Below are positions 60,228 to 64,000 of a DNA stretch of 64,000 bases, piece by piece. The position numbers and the translations under genes were made by a program. The DNA comes from Candidatus Rokuibacteriota bacterium (GTDB lineage: Bacteria > Methylomirabilota > Methylomirabilia > Rokubacteriales > CSP1-6). How positions within the stretch are numbered: the stretch's first letter is position 1; every line of letters starts with the position of its first letter. The stretch lies in the NCBI GenBank assembly GCA_016184125.1, contig JACPDG010000057.1, forward strand, positions 11,485 through 75,484, given 5' to 3'. The notes under the pieces were generated by a model. The model saw only the letters and a list, made by a program, of their open reading frames with translations. It did no database searches and was not told where the DNA came from.

Positions 60228-60483
60228 CGTCCGTCAGCGGCGGCGCGCGCGCGCGGGGGCTCGAGGCGCACGCAGCCAATGATACCCGCGCGGCCAGGAG
60301 AACAGAAGAACGGCACGCCCGGTCGGGCTCCCTGCCGGGGCGCGCGGTGGTCGAGTGGCGGCGTCCACCCCGCTCGCGCACGAACTGCACATGCGGGTCC
60401 CGCACTCCGGGTAGCCCCGATGCCGCCGACGCATGCTCCAGCGTCGTCCCGCACTCGCAGTCGTGGTTCATCACGCACCGCCC

Positions 60484-60669
60484 TCAGACGATCTCGAACG
60501 GAGCGCTCGCCTTGATGAGCACCGCCTCGAGCACGTTGCCAGCGCAGTCACGGCAGTATGTCGCCGACTCCAGCGAGATCGCGCAGGCTGGACAGCACGG
60601 CTGACCGCACTCGACGCAGCCGAGATGGTGGAACGAATGCTTGATCTGCCCTCCGCAGTCACAGTTCAT
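60484..60669 (-). CDS. Small Cys-rich putative zinc-binding protein (9 Cys in 61 aa)
   Basis: MNCDCGGQIKHSFHHLGCVECGQPCCPACAISLESATYCRDCAG. ORF only; no RBS was assessed. Confidence 0.3.
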   Translation of the reverse strand: MNCDCGGQIKHSFHHLGCVECGQPCCPACAISLESATYCRDCAGNVLEAVLIKASAPFEIV

Positions 60670-60774
60670 GTCGCCCTCCCGCTCGAAGGCTCACGGCGAC
60701 ACACTTCAAGAGCCGTTCCATTGCGCGCGGGCGCGAGGAACTCGCCAGAAAACCGTGGGCTTACACGATCTCGG

Positions 60775-60896
60775 GGCCCTCAGGCCGAGCGGGAAGTCGA
60801 GGAGCGCCGCGGGTTCCCCGCGGCGCTTCCGAGCGCCGGGGGGGGGTGGGGAGGGGGGTGGGGGGCCATCTCGGGGCCCCCCATGAGGTCGGTTCA
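60775..60896. repeat. GC-hairpin repeat copy R10 (reverse orientation), abutting the dnaB stop
   Basis: ..TTCCGAGCGCCGGGGGGGGGTGGGGAGGGGGGTGGGGGGCCATCTCGGGGCCCCCCATGAGGTCGGTTCAG. Confidence 0.65.
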
Positions 60897-63800
60897 GAAC
60901 GGCTGGGAGGCGCGAGCCGGGTCGGCGATGTTCTCGAAGCGCGCGTACTCCGGCAGGAAGACGAGCTTCACGGTCCCGATCGGGCCGTTGCGCTGCTTGC
61001 CGATGATCACCTCGGCGATCTTCTCTTCCTCGGGCGGCACGTCTTCCTTGTACACGCGCGAGCGATAGAGGAAGAGGATCAGGTCCGCGTCCTGCTCGAG
61101 GGCGCCCGAATTGTGACTGACGATACCGTCCGCGAGCCACGACGCAGGACCGGGAACTGTCAAGTCGAAGACGTCCTCCTCACCGTCGGCCGCCACCCGC
61201 ACGACTCGGTCCCAGAAGAGATCGCTCGTTGCCTGCGCCTCGAGCTCCTCGTCGCAGAGAATGTTTGCGTACTCAGCAACGACCGCGCGCGACGGCGCGC
61301 ACCGGAGCTGCGACGTACCCCCGTACGCCGTGCCGCGCAACCCGGCCATCCGTCGCTGCGAGATGCGGCGCTCGCGCATCAGACGCTTCACGCGCTCGAA
61401 CACCTCGCGCGGCAGCGTATCGACGTTCGTGTTCACGTCGCGATCCGCGAGCGCAGCGGCGAGTGCTCGCGCCTGGGGCTCGCGAGGACCGAACGCGCCG
61501 ACGGCGTCGAGAAAACGCCGCTGGTCGGCGCCGCCGGACACTGACACGAAGAAGCTCGTGCGATAGGTTCCCTTCCGGGCCGACGAGATCCTCGCAACGA
61601 TCCCGAGCCTCATCAGCAGCGCGGCGACGTCCGTCGCCAGTCCCGCACTGTTGGTACTGTAGAAGACCGAGTGACTGCCTCGCCCACGCCGAGGAACGAT
61701 AGTGCCATCCGTCGCCCACAGGTGTCGGAGGAGGAGGGCGATCTGCGCGTTCGAGAGGCGGAAGGCATCCTCGGGAACCCGCTTCTCGTGCGAGCGCTGC
61801 CCGAAGATCCCGAGCTGGCGCAGCCATGCGTTCACGCCCCTCGGGTGCCACCGGTCGCCGTTGCCGCTGATGAGCAGCTGATGCCAACCTCGCCGACCAC
61901 GGTACCGCGTGACGTCACACCCGAACTCCTCGCGCGCCGCCTCTGCAACGATGGCGCTGTTCTCTTCGGAGCCCGTCGTGTACCGGAGTGGCTGATGGCT
62001 GAGGGAGCTGCCGTCACCGATGAGCTGGCCGAGGAGCGCAACGCGAGCGTCGGGCCAGGACTCGGGGGACAGCGGCTCCGGGAGATGCCGCGCAAGCGCG
62101 ACGCGGTCGCCTTTGATCAATTCGGTGACCGTCTGCCATCCGCGACCGGTGAAGACCCGGTGCTCGGCCGTCGCCCGGATGGTACGGCCGCTCGCCAGCC
62201 CCACGCGGAAGACCGGTCGTGTCCCGACCTTCCAGATCCGCTCGCTCTTCGCCGCGACGATCTTCCCGGCCGGTGACATGGCGAGCACCTCGGGGGAGGT
62301 GTCCACGAGCTCCCGGATCGGAGCTCGACGTCCGTCGGAAAGCAGCACGACCGTGTCTGCCGTCACGCATTCGCGAAGGTCGGAGAGCTGCGGACGGAAG
62401 TCGCGCTGCGCGCGGCTCTCGACGGCGCGCGACAGCTGCGAGAGGGCCACGACGGGGATGTTGAGCTCCTTCGCGAGGGCCTTCAGGGATCGCGAGATCT
62501 CGGAGATCTCCTGCTGGCGGTTCTCCATCGACGCGCGGCCGCGCATGAGCTGCAGGTAGTCGATGACGACCAGATCCAGCCCGTGCTCGGCCTTCATCCG
62601 CCGCGCCTTCGCGCGCGCCTCGAGCACGGTGATGCCCGGGCTGTCGTCGATGTAGATCTTCGCCTCGCTGAGCCGTCCCGCCGCGGCCGTGAGCCGATGC
62701 CAGTCGGCCGCCGTGAGATAGCCGGTGCGGACGGATTGCGAGTCGACCTTCGCCTCCGAGCACAGCATGCGCTGGACGAGCTGCTGGGACGACATCTCGA
62801 GCGACAGCACGAGCACGCTGGCGTGCAGGTGCACGCCGACGTGCTGCGCGATGTTGAGGGCGAAGGCCGTATTGTGCGTGACCACGTAGTCGCCGGTGAT
62901 GTACGTCCGCGAGGGATGCGTCACCGCGATGCACTGCGCCTCGGACAGGCGCGTCGGCTCGACGGAGACGAAGACCGGCCAGCGCCGCCGGCGAGGCGCC
63001 GAGAGCGGGCGCGCCCGCTTCGACGAGAGCTGGAACATCGTCTTCGGCTCGGAGTGCTGGATGTTGCAGACGTACGCGGGCCTCCCGGCATGCCGCGTCC
63101 CGGCGTGGCTGTATGTGGTGCGCCGGCGGCGGACCGAGCACCACCCGCCCAGGGAGCGGACGAGATCCGCGACATCGCGCGCCAACCGCGCGCTCGTCGA
63201 GCAGAACCGAGCGCTGCCCCAGCGTTCCACCCACCCGTCGGTGTCCATGAGACCGGACAGGAGCGCGAGACGGGCGTCGCGGGAAGCGTTCAGATAGACG
63301 GCGGGGATGAACTTCTCCTCCGAGCGGATGCCCCACAGGCCGAGGCGTCTCAGTGACTCCATGAGCGTGTTCGGGGCAACCCCGGCCACGCCCTTGCGAT
63401 GCGCACCGGCGGCCTGGACGATACGCCAGTCGTCACCGCCCCCGGCGCGAAGCGCGAACGCCGCCGTGGCATGCTCCAGAACGAGCTCGCGGATCTCGGC
63501 GTCGGCCGTCGAGAACATCAGGCTGCTGCCGGAGAGCTTCCCGTCGCCGAGCCGCGCGCCGAGCAGCCAGGGGTCGATCGGGAGCGGCTCGTCGTGGCCG
63601 AAATCGCCCGACGGCGCGTCGATCCAGAGCCGGTGCCGATAGCGCGCTCGGCGGAGCAGCGCGGCGACGCGCTCGGTGGTCAGCACGCGCGGCTCGCGCC
63701 AGCGGCGGTCATGCACCCGCCAGAGATGCTCGGCGGTGCATTCCGTCGATCGGCCGTCGGAGAACGTCACCCGGTGGATCTGCTGCCGCCCCTGCGGGAA

Positions 63801-64000
63801 GATGCCGCTCACGAACGAGGGCCGGCCGTCGATGGAGGCGAGCGCGTCGCCGAGTCGCAGGTCGCCCATGCGCTTCCATCCCGTCACCGTCTTGACGGGC
63901 GCGTCGAGCGGCTGCGCCTTCCCCATGCTCGGGCGGCCCGCGATGATGATGAAGTCCGACGGCTGGAACCCCGACGTCTCCATGTCGAGCTTCTCGAACC
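60894..64000 (-). CDS. dnaB: Replicative DNA helicase DnaB (partial, N-terminus beyond window) containing two inteins
   Basis: Extein pieces are ..[13 protein letters not shown] / [30 protein letters not shown] / [16 protein letters not shown].. (Walker A, H4 motif). They are interrupted by a 349-aa element and a 420-aa element. Confidence 0.9.
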   Translation of the reverse strand, partial: FEKLDMETSGFQPSDFIIIAGRPSMGKAQPLDAPVKTVTGWKRMGDLRLGDALASIDGRPSFVSGIFPQGRQQIHRVTFSDGRSTECTAEHLWRVHDRRWREPRVLTTERVAALLRRARYRHRLWIDAPSGDFGHDEPLPIDPWLLGARLGDGKLSGSSLMFSTADAEIRELVLEHATAAFALRAGGGDDWRIVQAAGAHRKGVAGVAPNTLMESLRRLGLWGIRSEEKFIPAVYLNASRDARLALLSGLMDTDGWVERWGSARFCSTSARLARDVADLVRSLGGWCSVRRRRTTYSHAGTRHAGRPAYVCNIQHSEPKTMFQLSSKRARPLSAPRRRRWPVFVSVEPTRLSEAQCIAVTHPSRTYITGDYVVTHNTAFALNIAQHVGVHLHASVLVLSLEMSSQQLVQRMLCSEAKVDSQSVRTGYLTAADWHRLTAAAGRLSEAKIYIDDSPGITVLEARAKARRMKAEHGLDLVVIDYLQLMRGRASMENRQQEISEISRSLKALAKELNIPVVALSQLSRAVESRAQRDFRPQLSDLRECVTADTVVLLSDGRRAPIRELVDTSPEVLAMSPAGKIVAAKSERIWKVGTRPVFRVGLASGRTIRATAEHRVFTGRGWQTVTELIKGDRVALARHLPEPLSPESWPDARVALLGQLIGDGSSLSHQPLRYTTGSEENSAIVAEAAREEFGCDVTRYRGRRGWHQLLISGNGDRWHPRGVNAWLRQLGIFGQRSHEKRVPEDAFRLSNAQIALLLRHLWATDGTIVPRRGRGSHSVFYSTNSAGLATDVAALLMRLGIVARISSARKGTYRTSFFVSVSGGADQRRFLDAVGAFGPREPQARALAAALADRDVNTNVDTLPREVFERVKRLMRERRISQRRMAGLRGTAYGGTSQLRCAPSRAVVAEYANILCDEELEAQATSDLFWDRVVRVAADGEEDVFDLTVPGPASWLADGIVSHNSGALEQDADLILFLYRSRVYKEDVPPEEEKIAEVIIGKQRNGPIGTVKLVFLPEYARFENIADPARASQPF
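61110..62369 (-). other. Class-1 intein with LAGLIDADG homing endonuclease, at the DnaB site before SGAIEQDAD
   Basis: It starts [22 protein letters not shown] and ends [20 protein letters not shown] followed by Ser+1. [10 protein letters not shown] and [12 protein letters not shown] are LAGLIDADG motifs. The end block resembles the Ssp DnaB intein. Confidence 0.85.
62871..63917 (-). other. Class-3 intein (Ala1, WCT-type) in the DnaB P-loop, with a LAGLIDADG homing-endonuclease domain
   Basis: Inserted between GRPSMGK and T. It starts with Ala. Block B is [12 protein letters not shown] (T7, H10, W12). Block F carries Cys (AQCIAV). Block G is VVTHN followed by Thr+1. LAGLIDADG-like [10 protein letters not shown] and [12 protein letters not shown] are present. 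Confidence 0.7.

Overview
High-GC (about 70%) bacterial chromosomal segment, dense with genes and mostly coding on the minus strand. No rRNA, tRNA or CRISPR array was found.

Main contents, in window order:
- 1-6.8 kb: an MFS transporter fragment, a D-2-hydroxyacid dehydrogenase, a GlxA/AraC regulator, a DAG-kinase-like lipid kinase, a PCuAC-like lipoprotein, a class-III aminotransferase and a DUF4392-like protein.
- 6.8-25.6 kb: an alpha-glucan/trehalose cluster: treZ, a GH57 branching enzyme, glgC, a GH57/DUF3536 protein, treY, a hypothetical, treT, a GT2-like glycosyltransferase, glgE, treS and maltokinase. Six of these genes are chained by 4-nt ATGA/GTGA overlaps.
- 26.2-28.8 kb: a lower-GC islet with a Uma2-family endonuclease, hypotheticals and a hicB-hicA toxin-antitoxin pair.
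- 28.8-36.4 kb: gamma-glutamyltransferase, an AIR-synthase-related protein, a secreted Pro/Thr/Gly-rich protein, a DUF2889-like hypothetical and a copper module csoR-copA-YHS with a perfect CsoR-type operator palindrome.
- 36.8-45.5 kb: a short MetE-like methyltransferase, RNase G/E, and the rod-shape cluster mreB-mreC-mreD-pbp2-rodA.
- 45.8-49.6 kb: a TRAP transporter dctPQM and two tandem cspA paralogs.
- 50-60 kb: a ComEA-like protein, an HNH endonuclease, an ABC-F ATPase, a PPOX-family protein, a disrupted AhpD-like gene, a DHA2 MFS transporter, DUF971, alkA, an enoyl-CoA hydratase and an APC permease.
- 60.9-64 kb: a dnaB helicase fragment.

Most notable observations:
- A very abundant modular GC-hairpin repeat family at about 10 loci. 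It has a G6-loop-C6 hairpin, an AAGCCCCCC-CGCTCGGAGCG-CCCCGG module, GGGTGCGCGGACGCACCC hairpins and a CTGACATCATG terminus. One copy is inserted in frame inside the ABC-F gene. Other copies abut or supply the stop or start codons of neighbouring genes.
- Two related 47-bp perfect-palindrome families (P1, P2). One P1 copy is inserted in frame in the ComEA-like linker.
- dnaB carries two inteins: a class-3 (Ala1, WCT) intein in the P-loop and a classical Cys1...HN intein before the S-G-A-I-E-Q-D-A-D motif. Both contain LAGLIDADG endonuclease motifs.
- The AhpD-like gene has TGA exactly at the second Cys of its CxxC motif and a 1-nt frameshift 8 codons later. It is either a selenoprotein candidate with a sequencing error or a pseudogene.
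- A 41-bp inverted-repeat (MITE-like) element lies upstream of the metE-like gene.
- A perfect 21-bp x5 in-frame tandem repeat lies in a glycosyltransferase gene.

All annotation is from visual reading and six-frame translation only. No database searches were run.
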